From: Amphiscolops sp. MND2022
Lineage: Eukaryota
DNA: 64,000 nucleotides
Direction of reading: 5' to 3'
Assembly (NCBI GenBank): GCA_964187785.1
Contig: OZ076409.1
Span: 77,254,001 to 77,318,000, forward strand
The position numbers and the translations under genes were made by a program. The notes beneath the pieces are model-generated. The model ran no database searches and was not told the DNA's origin. It saw only the letters and a program-made list of their open reading frames with translations. Numbering within the stretch: position 1 is the first letter of the stretch; each line of letters begins with the position of its first letter. Shown one piece after another: positions 1 to 11,643 of the stretch.

Positions 1-418
1 CGTACTGTTCAGATCGTGAACCCAAATTTTATCAAGTTGCACATTATACTTGAAAACCCTGGCTCTTAATGAATGGTCTCAAGAAACGCAACTATGCATA
101 TGGATTTTTTGAGTAAAATCTATTAATCGTCGAAATCGTCGAAGTTCCAAACAAGTGACAGCTTGACGGTATTAGAATACATTGGACCACGTGTTCAATT
201 CCCCCCCCCCCCCCAAACTGCGGCGGGGGGGGGGGGGGGTAAATAAGACAGAAGGTTCAAATACCATTATGTCGACATAGTTTGCGTTGAAATTTTGATC
301 CAATATAATAATTGATGTCGACATAATCCTATCCTTTACATTGACTGTCATTTAAAAGTTGCTCATTTGATTTAATAGCGGACAAAATTTGCGCTGAAAT
401 CGGGGCCTTTTTATACGA

Positions 419-613
419 TGTGGCATAGCTGAATAAGCTAGAGGACAAACTTTATACTTTAGACACTATTATTCTTATTGTTATTTAATTAGTCTGAAGT
501 ACCTGCCTATACTGTATCATCTTTATCATACTAAAGTTCGTTTAGTAACAATAGCTACGAGATAAAATACAGTCTTGAAAGAAAGTAAATTCTTGTATCA
601 TAAAGTTACAACA
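419..613 (+). repeat. 5' LTR of the Mag-like Gypsy
   Basis: Direct repeat of 6304-6498; TGTGGC...ACAACA. Confidence 0.97.
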
Positions 614-625
614 TGGCGCAGTCAG
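614..625 (+). promoter_or_regulatory. Primer binding site, probably tRNA-Ser
   Basis: TGGCGCAGTCAG directly after the LTR, complementary to a tRNA 3' end ...CUGACUGCG-CCA as in invertebrate tRNA-Ser. The tRNA identity is inferred. Confidence 0.75.
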
Positions 626-684
626 TGTCAGTATAACTGACATTTACCACAAATATTCGTGATCAGCCCATCAATTACCAAAGA

Positions 685-3600
685 ATGGAAGACACGAACA
701 CCACCCTTCCAATGGGGGAACAGCCTGACCGGGCAACCGATCAATCATCCAGCAGCCAGTTGATACCCAATGAAACAACAACAAGAGCGGGAGAACGGAC
801 ATGTACCCAGAAATTGACCATTCCCAGCCTAGAAAAACACGACAGCTCCAGCGCAAATTTGTGGTGGCGAAAATTTGTCCAATATATTAAAATGACAAAA
901 GACATCGATTTATCACAAATGGTAAATCCAAAAGAAATCCTGCAACAATTCCGCGATCAACTGGAACTAGAAATTAAAGACACGTTTCTTTGGGCAATTG
1001 GACAAAGTGCCCTATCAGAAATGACAAAAACGGTGAGAGAACGAGAACCCAGCACTCTACCGTTACACAGATTATACAGCCTATTCCGACTACATTTCAC
1101 TCCAGAACGGAACGTACAACACAGCAGGGCCGATATTTTGATTTGAAAAGAGAATCAAACGAAAAGGCCGCAGACGTCTGGAAGAAAATACTGGAGGTGG
1201 AAAAAAACTGCGAGTTCGAAACCATTACGGCAGCCGAACTTTTGGCCTCAAAATTTCTATCGCTCATCGGGAAATCCACAGGCGACTACGAATTAAAAAA
1301 GAAAATTAGAAAAAGTGACATGTCAGTGGAGGCTATCACAGAGGCAATACATGAGTACATGTATGAAAAACTAAATGAATCCCCAGAAACTGACGAAGAC
1401 AAAAAAAATCAGACATGTGGAAAAAAGAAAACTAAAGTATGGGAAAGAACATACCGAACGAAACCCGAAGACCGCGAGAAGACTGGACTGTAATAGGTGC
1501 GGAACGCCCAACTGGTCCAAACAACACGAATGCCCCGCGAAAGGAAAGAAATGTGCCAAATGCGGTAAATTGGGACATTACGCCAAATGCTGCCGGTCCG
1601 GGAGGAAAATAAACCATATAGCAGACGAGGAAGCATACAGCGCAGACGAAGATGAGTGGACACCAGACAGAATACACTCAATTCAACAAAAAATCAACTC
1701 GCTGAGCAATGGAAGCAAGAACGGACTACCGTTCTATACCAAAACGTTATTGGTCAATAACCGACCAATCAAATTCATCGTCGATACAGGCTCACCAATA
1801 ACTCTAATTCCAAAAATCAAAATTCAACAATATTACAACAATGAAGCCGGTAACTATAGATTACCGGGACGTGAACGACAATAAAATAAAATTTGAAGGG
1901 AAAACAACCGCCAACATAAGAATAGACGGTAAAGAGAGACAACTGGAAATACTGGTAACAACTAAACAAACACACCCACTACTCGGATTAGACTGGATGG
2001 GAAAACTCGGAATCACACTGAACACGGACAATAACACCCAAACAATAAAACACATCACCGACAAACCGAACCAAACCAACTGCAACTCGGAATGCGAAAT
2101 AACAGCACTGAAAAGTAAGTTCCACAAATTATTTTCAACACACCACACGGTAAAAAACGTGGAAGTTGATATACAATTAAAAGACGACGCAAAACTAATC
2201 CAACAAAAAGGTAGGCCCATTCCTCTCCTATTGCAACAAGCAGTGGGTAAAGAAATCGAAAAATTGAAAAAATTGGGCCACAACGAAAAAGCTGTAAATA
2301 TTGACGAAAATTGTTTCGTAAGCCCGGCGGTAATCACCATCAAAAAAGATAAGTCGGTAAAAATCGCACTGGACTCAAGAAACCTAAACAAAATAACAAT
2401 AAAAAGAAAGGCACAAATGCCCAATATGGAGGAATTAATATCAAGAATCTCCAGAAAAATTCCAGACGGACCGGCAGACGAAATCTGGATCTCGAAGTTC
2501 GATTTAGATTATGCATACGGTCAACTTAGATTATCAAAAAAGGCAATGGACTTATGTATCTTCGCAGTAACCGGGGGAAACTTTACCGGTTATTACCGAT
2601 TTTTAAAAGGCTTTTACGGGCTAGCCGACATTCCGACGATATTCCAAGAGAAAATTGACCAAACACTGGAAAATAAACACCCAGCATGGCTAGACGACAT
2701 CATAGTCGTAACAAAAGGCTCCAAACAAAAACATTTGGAGGAATTAACCGACGTACCATCAAAACTGGAAAACGCCGGTTATAGACTGAGCGAAAGCAAA
2801 TCGGAGCTGTTCAAAACCGAAATTGAATGGATTGGACATAAAATTGACCAAAACGGAATAAGACCGTTACAGGACAAGTTACTGGCGATTAAAAACTTGA
2901 AGAAACCGGAGAATGAAAAGGAACTTAAATCATTCCTCGGAGCAATCCAATATCTGTCAAAGTACATAGAAAATCTCTCAGCACAAACGGACGTTTTAAG
3001 ACAACTGCTAAAGAAAGGTAATGATTGGATTTGGACCGAGGAACACACGGAAGCATTTGAAAATTTAAAACAGAAAATCACGGAAATACCGTGTCTGGCG
3101 CACTACAATTCTAATTACCCGAACATAATTACCACAGACGCCAGCACCAAGGGCCTTGGGGCTACACTATGGCAAGAACAACCGGACGGTAAACTAAAAC
3201 CGATCGGATTCGCCAGTCGCTTCCTTTCAGACACGGAAAAGAAATACGCCATTAACGAACTGGAGCTATTAGCGGTGGTATGGGGGCTTGAACACTTCTG
3301 TCTATACATATAAGGAAAACCGATAAAATTACTTACGGACCATCAAGCTCTAGAACCATTAATTAAATGAAATAGTTCAAACAAAACATACAGCGCACGG
3401 CTAACTCGATGGCTCGACCGATTAGCTCACTTTTCAATCAACGTAAGCCATATTGCTGGTAAACACTTAGCGCTCACGGATTATCTCAGTCGTAATCCGT
3501 CAGCACCACCGCAAGCAGATGAGGCATACGACGAAGAGTACGTAATCAACAACATCGTCCCGCACTACAAATTCGTAGCCAATAACGGTTGCCTTAGCAA

Positions 3601-6277
3601 CCACTTCAACCAATCACACGACGCGACTCGGATTAGTGAATCGAAACATTCCAAAACGCGTGAACAAACTGCCATTGCGTGCCTTAATCGACCGCCAGAA
3701 AGTTGCATCAATTCTATCGCAAATTCGAACAATTCAACTATGGACGCTAGAACCATAGACAATCTTGAAGCCGCAGACTCGTCTGCAGAAACCAGACAAC
3801 TGATACCCCGATGGAGAGACATAGTAAAACCGGGCATTTACAGACAATCCGGTGGCCCTTGGAAGAAATACCACGAGCCAAAATTTCTCCGGAACGAACG
3901 GAAAATAATAGAAGAGCGCCCACAATTAGCCATACAAAACTTACCGGGACAACAACAACAACAACCGCAAGGATTTCAGCCACAACAACGGCTAAAAGAA
4001 CAATGGACCGTTGACCCATTCTGGGAGCTAGATCGCCCACAGCGACCACAAGAGCAACCCGGGACATCATCTCCGGTCACATTGTAGGCCCCAATGGAAG
4101 AAGGCGAAATCGGATCAGACACCGATCAGGACCCGTCCGTCCTAGAAGTTCCGGCCATCAACTGGGCCAAATACGTGGGCGTCAAAAGCGTCCAGTACAT
4201 AAAGATGGGTCACGCTCCCAGAGTGGACGCTGAGGAACAAAACAATTGGGACCTAGGGAACGCCGTCAGAGAAACGGAAAAGAATTTCTCCACAGATCTC
4301 CAATTACTTATGTCGGAGACCACAAATGACCCTAGCCTCTTCAAAACGCTGGTATGTTTGGAACGCCAGCAACACGACAACATGCCCGAGGAATACACCA
4401 TGTACAAGAAAAAGCTCTCCACCAGATACGGATTGGTATTCTTCGAAGAACCTACGGAACACAATAATTAGCCTCCTTCACAAGGGACATCCCGCCATTA
4501 ACAAGATGTCGATGGCAGCAAGACACTTCTGGTGGCGAAAATTGACGGAAGCTATCCGGAAAAATTGCGACGGCTGTGTACCAAGCAAAATGTCCGGTAA
4601 GAGCTTTAAACCTAACATTCCTAGTAAGGAAGTAAGTCAATTACCAACGGTAAATAAACCGAACGAAGAAATCCAAATGGATTTCACCGGCCCCATAAGC
4701 GAAAAGAACCAAAAATTCTACATTTTACTTTCAATGGACCGATTTAGCAAATGGCCCGCAGCCAGCTTATGTAAAACCACGGACGGACAAACGGCGGTAG
4801 ATTTTTAGAACAGTACATAAATCTGAACGTCATCCCGAAAACCATTAGAACGGATAAAGCTACCGCGTTCACGGGCCGTACATTTAGAGACTTTTGCAAA
4901 ACTCACCAGATAAAATTAATATACGGGACACCGTATATCCATACACCGACAGGATTGGTTGAACGCGGCGTAAGAACATTGAAAGAAACACTACTAACCA
5001 ATATCAAGGCCGGAGAGAAATTCGGTAAAGCTTTAGATATAGCTCTGGGAATCATGCGGAAAACACCCCATACGAGACTAAAGAAGTCCGCATTTGAGCT
5101 ACACTAAGGACGCGAACCGAACACGGAAATAAACAATATGTTAAACCTAGACGCACTAAAGTCTATTACAAAAAGTTGTATTTCAGCAAAACCAGACACC
5201 TTACAGGTGTACACATTCAGCGGAGCTGGCGGTGCCTCTGACCAGCTACCGATGAAGCAGAAGAAAGGAGAAAAAAGAGTCAGTAAATATCCGTTCCTTT
5301 TCTTTGAAAAGAAAATAAATAAACCGAAGTTCGAAAGTGCATATTCCGATAAAAAACAGATAGCCATATTGGGCACCAAACATACAATAACAACGTCAGA
5401 TAATAAAATCTTGCACAGAGAACATATTAGTAAACCCATTTCTGAAATTGTACAGGAAAACAACACCAATCGGGGCACCGGACCACGAGGACCAGATGGC
5501 CGCTTTACCAAATCACCGAGGATAGTCAATGTCCCTGACTCAGACAGTGACCATGGAGAAGCCTCACCGGTAGTGACCGCCACAGCAACTACAACATCTG
5601 GAGAATACACAACACCGCCTCCAAAACACAGCACAATCGGCAGAGGACGACCAAAGCTAGTCAGGAACCGCCAAAATTCTGGCTCTCCGGGAGAAACTCA
5701 TACCAACCCGGACCAACAATCAAACATTGGACCGTTAACAGTAGTAACGGAGAACATGACGGACGCGGAAATAGACCGCGTCATTGAGGATGCCAGAAGG
5801 GCAAACACAGAGCTACACCTCAAAGACAATAACGGTAAGGTATTTCAAAATAACTACCAATCCCCCAAAGGAGGGGAAGAAGACAATGTAGAAAATAGTT
5901 ATACTGAACAAGACACCTCAGAACTAGAATTACTTAGCAATCTCAGCTCAAGTACCGAAATTGAACAAGAAACAAAAGAACATAATCTACGTAGATCGAA
6001 ACGCTTGACAAAAACCAACCCAATAATCAGGCTTAATAATCCAGTACCATCTGATTATAGGAAACACCGTCAAAAGACTGAATGGCCGGGAAAACACACC
6101 GGACACCGAGGACAATATGGACAACAACTGACCCAGCAAACTAAATGGACCGCTCCGGAAGAACATCCTGACAACCGGACCACAAAAGAAGGAAGTACAC
6201 GGAACACTGTGAACAACAACAACAGCTTTGGACGGAAAACCGCCTCAACAGTAGAAAACACACTCCCCATTGGCTAA
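685..6277 (+). pseudogene. gag-pol polyprotein, broken by frameshifts and stops
   Basis: Twin knuckle CNRCG..HECPAKGKKCAKCGKLGHYAKCC; protease FIVDTGS; RT KFDLDYAYGQ, FYGL, AWLDD; RNase H TTDAS, ELELLAVVW, TDH; integrase HKGHP..HFWW..C, MDF..MDRFSKW, RTD, GLVER; long C-terminal tail with LRRSKR. ORF pieces 685-1146, 990-1493, 1375-1884, 1841-3313, 3740-4471, 4326-4808, 5138-6277. Confidence 0.95.
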
Positions 6278-6303
6278 GCTACTTCCAATCAAAGAGGGGG
6301 GAA

Positions 6304-6498
6304 TGTGGCATAGCTGAATAAGCTAGAGGACAAACTTTATACTTTAGACACTATTATTCTTATTGTTATTTAATTAGTCTGAAGTACCTGCCTATACTGT
6401 ATCATCTTTATCATACTAAAGTTCGTTTAGTAACAATAGCTACGAGATAAAATACAGTCTTGAAAGAAAGTAAATTCTAATATCATAAAGTTACAACA
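6304..6498 (+). repeat. 3' LTR of the Mag-like Gypsy
   Basis: Direct repeat of 419-613, preceded by PPT AAAGAGGGGGGAA. Confidence 0.97.
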
Positions 6499-8249
6499 TA
6501 CAATTTTAGCTTGTTTAAAACGTGAATTTCTGCTATTTTGGACAATGATATCAAAAATTTTTGGTAATTTTTTTACCTGAAGTGTCCAAACAGTTGTAGA
6601 GGCAACCCTCTAAGGGTATACATTCATATAATATTCTCTTACTCGTGAAATATTTTTATTCAAGAACAAAGTGTGCTTTCGTGTTTCGTGTTGGGGGGGA
6701 TTCGCATCAAGGTGTACCTGGGGGGGGGGAATTGAACACATGGTCCAATACATTGAAGGAAAAGGAAAACTTATAGAAATGTTGTTCGCTGGACTTGGAA
6801 AACCAAAGCGTTACTCACCAAATGAAAACCTTTCTGATTCAGTTCGATCATTAGGAAAGTTTCTCCGCCCTCGAAATCTACCTTTTCTTAAGTGGCGCGC
6901 CTTGGTGGGTTTTTCTTTCGTTCGATATTCATTACCAGTTATCATTGATTTTGGTGCGATTGAGTACACTTGTAACATTCAGTCGCCAGTTGCATTATAA
7001 TTAGAGTTTAACAACGGGAGCTTTTCGGAGGTCGCCATGCAAGCATTTGGACGAAGGACGAATGATAACCATAATCGAAGCTTCAACAACGATACTTTTC
7101 AACAAAATCGCTTCCCTTCAATTTCATAAGCGAGTTGGGTGCAATGAAAGACCCACTTCATTGCTACGGTCGAAAGAATTCGGCGGCGAAACGAAAGTCA
7201 AGCAGTTAAAGCGCTTTTAGTTTGTTTGAATGGGCCTTCGCATGAGTTCCTTGTAGCATCCCAGGAGCTGAAAACGCATGTAGGGATTCTTCTTGCACAT
7301 ATCTTATGAGCACTCTTTTTAAAAAAATGAATCGAGTCACGGAGGTCATTGGAAACGATAGAGCGGCGCGCAACGAGTTCAAGGCTGTGGTTCAGAACGA
7401 AAGCGAATTCTTGCGGGATGTTGCACATCGCATTCGAAGTGTCGGAGTGCTAGTCTTCGCTCAGTGCTATCTCTGGTTTCGCAAAATGCTGCAACATCAT
7501 AAAAGTGTCTGGTGGTTCTAAAAATTCAGCCATCAAAAAGGTTTTTAAGGACGACATCATTTCGAAAACCAACATCAACCGATGACATTATTTTGTGCTA
7601 CATAGGGATGACAAATAAGATTTTAGGGAACACATTGATTTTGGCGACTAAATGTGTCACTAATTCTTTGGACATTCGTCAACACTTCAACCATGACTGT
7701 TGTTGTTGGGCTCTTAAATTTTTTGAGCTTTTTATAGGCCTTTGTGTACAAAAACAATTGTCCTTAGTTATTAAAGTTCGAGATGACGAGAATTCTAAAA
7801 GATATCCAAAATGCCTTTGAGACCCAACTTTTACCCTAATATTGCGGCAGAAGTAGGCTGTAGACTAGCCGGTTACGGCATAAGTCGGTCCATCGCTTCA
7901 GGCTCAAAATAGCAAAAGTCAAAGCATCAAGAATTCTCTTCCGGAACAATTTCCCAGCACCGAAAAATCGAAAGGAAATTTTGGCTGGGGGAGCATTTTT
8001 TTCAAAGCTGCGCCTCTTTAGTAAAACGCAGTTTACTTCGGTTAAATCGTCAAAAAATTAGATATAGCGCAAAATTTTGAACTTCCGCCTTCTGCTTAGT
8101 GAAACGCGATTAACTTCAGATATAATGTAGAAAATTCGGATTTAGCGCAATATTTTGTTCATATCAGAAACTGCAACTAGTATAGTTCAGATGCTTAGGC
8201 AAAATGGTACCATTGGCCCCCTGAAGTTCTGTAGAACTATATGTAGAAC

Positions 8250-10521
8250 TGTCACAGGCTGCCGCCTGTGACGGTAATCTCTACCAAATCACATTTGAAG
8301 GAGACAACACTAACCCACCCCCAGGAGTGCTGCCCATTTAAAGACTGACAAGGACAAAAAGTAATGTAAACGACTTGTATTTTGTTGTTATTTTTATTCC
8401 TTTGAATTTCACCACAAAAGACCCATGGTCCATACGGCCTCAGTGCAATTGATAATTTTAGTTTACAAGGCTGTATTTATTCGTTTAGTAAATCGTCCTG
8501 TGCCAGTTTTATTGTTGAAATGTTAATGAAATTTGGCAATTAGTAATTAAAATCAATGAATTAATACAATGCAATTGTATGCGGAAGAGAAAACGCGTTC
8601 AAATGAACGCTTCTTCTTGCTTATTGTACTCGCTGTACAAGCATTATAGTCCAATCAGAATGTAGTACATTAGTGTAGCTCCGTGGACAGAATGTCTGCC
8701 ACGGTGGAATTAGCGCGCGAGTGCCGCTAGTGCTGTAATTGAGTGTGGCTACGCGGACTTAAAGTCCGCTACGGTAAAGTATAATGTTAACATGAAATTA
8801 CATATTCTGGGCGCAAGTAGTATTGTAGATTAGTATTGAAAGTACATACAGGGCTCTGTAAACATTTTCTTACTTTGTCGGCTTAACTGTCAAAGCCCCT
8901 CATCCTTCTCTTTGATGCAATGACGTCATAGTGACGTAACCTAACAAAATGCTATTTTTAGATTACCATATCTATATTCAGTACTATGACCCGCAATTTT
9001 TGTGTTGTCACCTTCTCCCAACTATAAATAGGGAGGGCGCAGGACCAAAGGGACAATCTTTCAGAAACACGAATTACTAACAAGTTGCTAAATCTGACCA
9101 GTTGAATCTGATATTGTGCTTGCCTTAACCAGTTCTTTCATTTGTACTACTCGTTCTCCAATTCAATTATGCTTAAAGTGGTATTTCTTCAATGCCTTCA
9201 ACAAGAAAGCAAAAAGCTAAGGAAAGACGCTCTAGACAGTTAGACTTTATGTTTGATGTAGAAAATGTTGATGTAATGTTAGGAAGTTACTCACGGAATG
9301 ATGAGGAAAATGACCATAGTGAAAATGAAATAAATTCGGACTCAGAGTCAAGTAGACCACAACGAACCTCTAATGTAACTGGCGAAGATTTTTGGTCACA
9401 CCTCACGAACAGTAGAGAAAACATTGAGATTACTATTGAGACTACTAGAATGATAAACGAAGAAATTTCAAACCAAATGTCTAGGAAACTTAATTCGATC
9501 AATAACAGCTTAAATTCTCAGATACAAAATGCAATCACTGTTGCAAAAGCTGACACTGTGCTTCCTTTTATACAGAATGCATTAGAGATGCAGGGGAGAT
9601 CAAATTTTACCGTAGTGGACCGAGCGTCCAACGGGCTACATCCTGGCCCAAGGACAGGTAATTTCACCGTGGAGGACCAAAAGTCCAGTGGGCGTAAACG
9701 TAAACGTAATAAATAGGGAGGGCGCAGGACCAAAGGGACAATCTTTCAGAAACACGAATTACTAACAAGTTGCTAAATCTGACCAGTTGAATCTGATATT
9801 GTGCTTGCCTTAACCAGTTCTTTCATTTGTACTACTCGTTCTCCAATTCAATATTGCTTAAAGTGGTATTTCTTCAATGCCTTCAACAAGAAAGCAAAAA
9901 GCTAAGGAAAGACGCTCTAGACAGTTAGACTTTATGTTTGATGTAGAAAATGTTGATGTAATGTTAGGAAGTTACTCACGGAATGATGAGGAAAATGACC
10001 ATAGTGAAAATGAAATAAATTCGGACTCAGAGTCAAGTAGACCACAACGAACCTCTAATGTAACTGGCGAAGATTTTTGGTCATACCTCACGAACAGTAG
10101 AGAAAACATTGAGATTACTATTGAGACTACTAGAATGATAAACGGAGAAATTTCAAACCAAATGTCTAGGAAACCTAATTCGATCAATAACAGCTTAAAT
10201 TCTCAGATACAAAATGCAATCACTGTTGCAAAAGTTGACACTGTGCTTCCTTTTATACAGAATGCATTAGAGATGCAGGGGAGATCAAATTTTACCGTAG
10301 TGGACCGAGCGTCCAACGGGCTACATCCTGGCCCAAGGACAGGTAATTTCACCGTGGAGGACCAAAAGTCCAGTGGGCGTAAACGGAACTCCGAAGCAGA
10401 AAATGCCCAGAAAAGAAAACGTGGGAAAATCGTCCTAAAAGGTGTTTTACACGGGAAAATAGTAGACAAATGTCTAGAGAGGGTTCAGCCGACTCCTATA
10501 ATGGCGAACAAAATCGCGACA
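8250..10521 (+). repeat. 5' LTR (about 1587 bp plus a 685-bp internal duplication)
   Basis: Colinear with 22445-23861 joined to 25822-25989. Contains CCAAT (8651), TGACGTCA-like motifs (~8921-8938) and TATAAATA (9023-9030). Confidence 0.93.
9024..10385 (+). repeat. 685-bp-period tandem duplication inside the 5' LTR
   Basis: 9024-9700 is repeated at 9709-10385 with an 8-nt filler TAAACGTA. It gives two near-identical ORF starts MPSTRKQKAKERR (9192, 9877) and is absent from the 3' LTR. Confidence 0.95.
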
Positions 10522-11643
10522 TGGTGACAGGAGCCAACCTCACCCCCCATATGGTTCCTGAGTTTCGCACTGGACGGCCCATGCAATCCCGTGAACCCCA
10601 GCAACGTCAAACCTCTAACGCAGACGAGTCTTTGGACCATAGCCCACAGGTCCAAGAACCTGCAGGCCGAACTACCCCTACAGACCCCCTCAACCGTCTT
10701 GCTGATGTATTAGTTGGCATGAACAACCGTCCATCAGCACAAACACTGATGGTACGCCCAGTCAGCACAACTACATTGACGTTCGACTGTAAATCAGAGA
10801 AATTCAATTTTTTTGAAGATCTCTTTCACACAATGATAAAAATGCTAACTGATATGACCGAAACAATGAAAATAAACCACCCTCATTCATTATTACGCAA
10901 GAACGCGTCAAAAACTTTCCGTAACATCAATACGGCAAACAGGCAAACTTTGGAAGACCTTCTGGCAGTATTTCGTCAAAAATACGTCAATCCCGAGTCC
11001 CAGGCGACCGCAAAACACAAATGGCACAAATTGGTGTTTGATCCAAACACCCTGAAATTGTTCGACTTCCTTGAGGAATTAAACCAAGGAGCTGAAAAAG
11101 CGTTTGGCGAGAACACCCAGGCAAAGATCGACAGTCTCCTATATGCCAAACTGCCGCCCAAATTGAAACGCTCAGTCAATATGGCCAGACTTGAGAACCC
11201 CACCGACGAGGAAATAGTCACCCATTTAGAACGTGAGCTTGAACTCAACGGACTTGAGGAGGGAGATGACAGTCCAGTACCAACAATGTCCACTGCCCCT
11301 ACAGCAACACGACCGGGAACTGGCCTTCTTTCTTCGGGTATAGATCCAAACATTACTTGCAACTATTGCAAGAAGCCCGGACATGTCAAGGACGACTGCC
11401 GAAAACTCAAAAAAGGAAGAAAAACGCTGCAATGACGGGCAGGATACCAAAAAAGAATGTCCAAAATGTCCAACTTGCGACAAAACGAACCATCCGGCGG
11501 AACGATGTTGGAAAGGCGATGGATTCCACCTCAAGCCCAGAAATTTTGAACTGGAGGACACCACAGTTGCCGATACGTCCACCAGTCAAGATGATGCCAA
11601 AAATAAACAAACGCTTTCAATCTTTAAAAATCCAAAAAACTAG
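9877..11643 (+). pseudogene. gag (starts inside the LTR), frameshifted
   Basis: ORF pieces 9877-10527, 10470-11435, 11383-11643. Capsid-like TFDCKSEKFNFFEDLF region; knuckles CNYCKKPGHVKDDC and CPTCDKTNHPAERC. Confidence 0.92.

Larger units (their letters stand above)
419..6498 (+). mobile_element. Full-length Ty3/Gypsy LTR retrotransposon, Mag-like
   Basis: 195-bp TG...CA LTRs (419-613, 6304-6498) differ at 2 positions. PBS TGGCGCAGTCAG at 614, purine tract before 6304, TSD TACGA/TACAA. Domain order is gag-PR-RT-RH-IN. Confidence 0.97.
184..6746. mobile_element. Non-autonomous TIR element (MITE, ~480 bp without the nested Gypsy), Merlin- or hAT-like by TSD length
   Basis: Left end GGACCACGTGTTCAATTCCCC (184) is the inverted repeat of right end GGGGAATTGAACACATGGTCC (ends 6746), with 1 mismatch. 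AATACATT flanks both ends (176-183, 6747-6754). A related uninterrupted internal fragment lies in reverse at ~54110-54365. Confidence 0.8.

Noticed and set aside
671..6270. Minus-strand ORFs over the Mag-like gag-pol
   Set aside because: Shadow frames of an A-rich coding strand, with no motifs or splice structure, unlike the 16.2-20.6 kb gene.
7000..7830. Possible decayed coding relic (Polinton/virus-like small genes) on the minus strand
   Set aside because: Only coding-like composition and a vague KG..K...CPK resemblance; too many stops to support a call.
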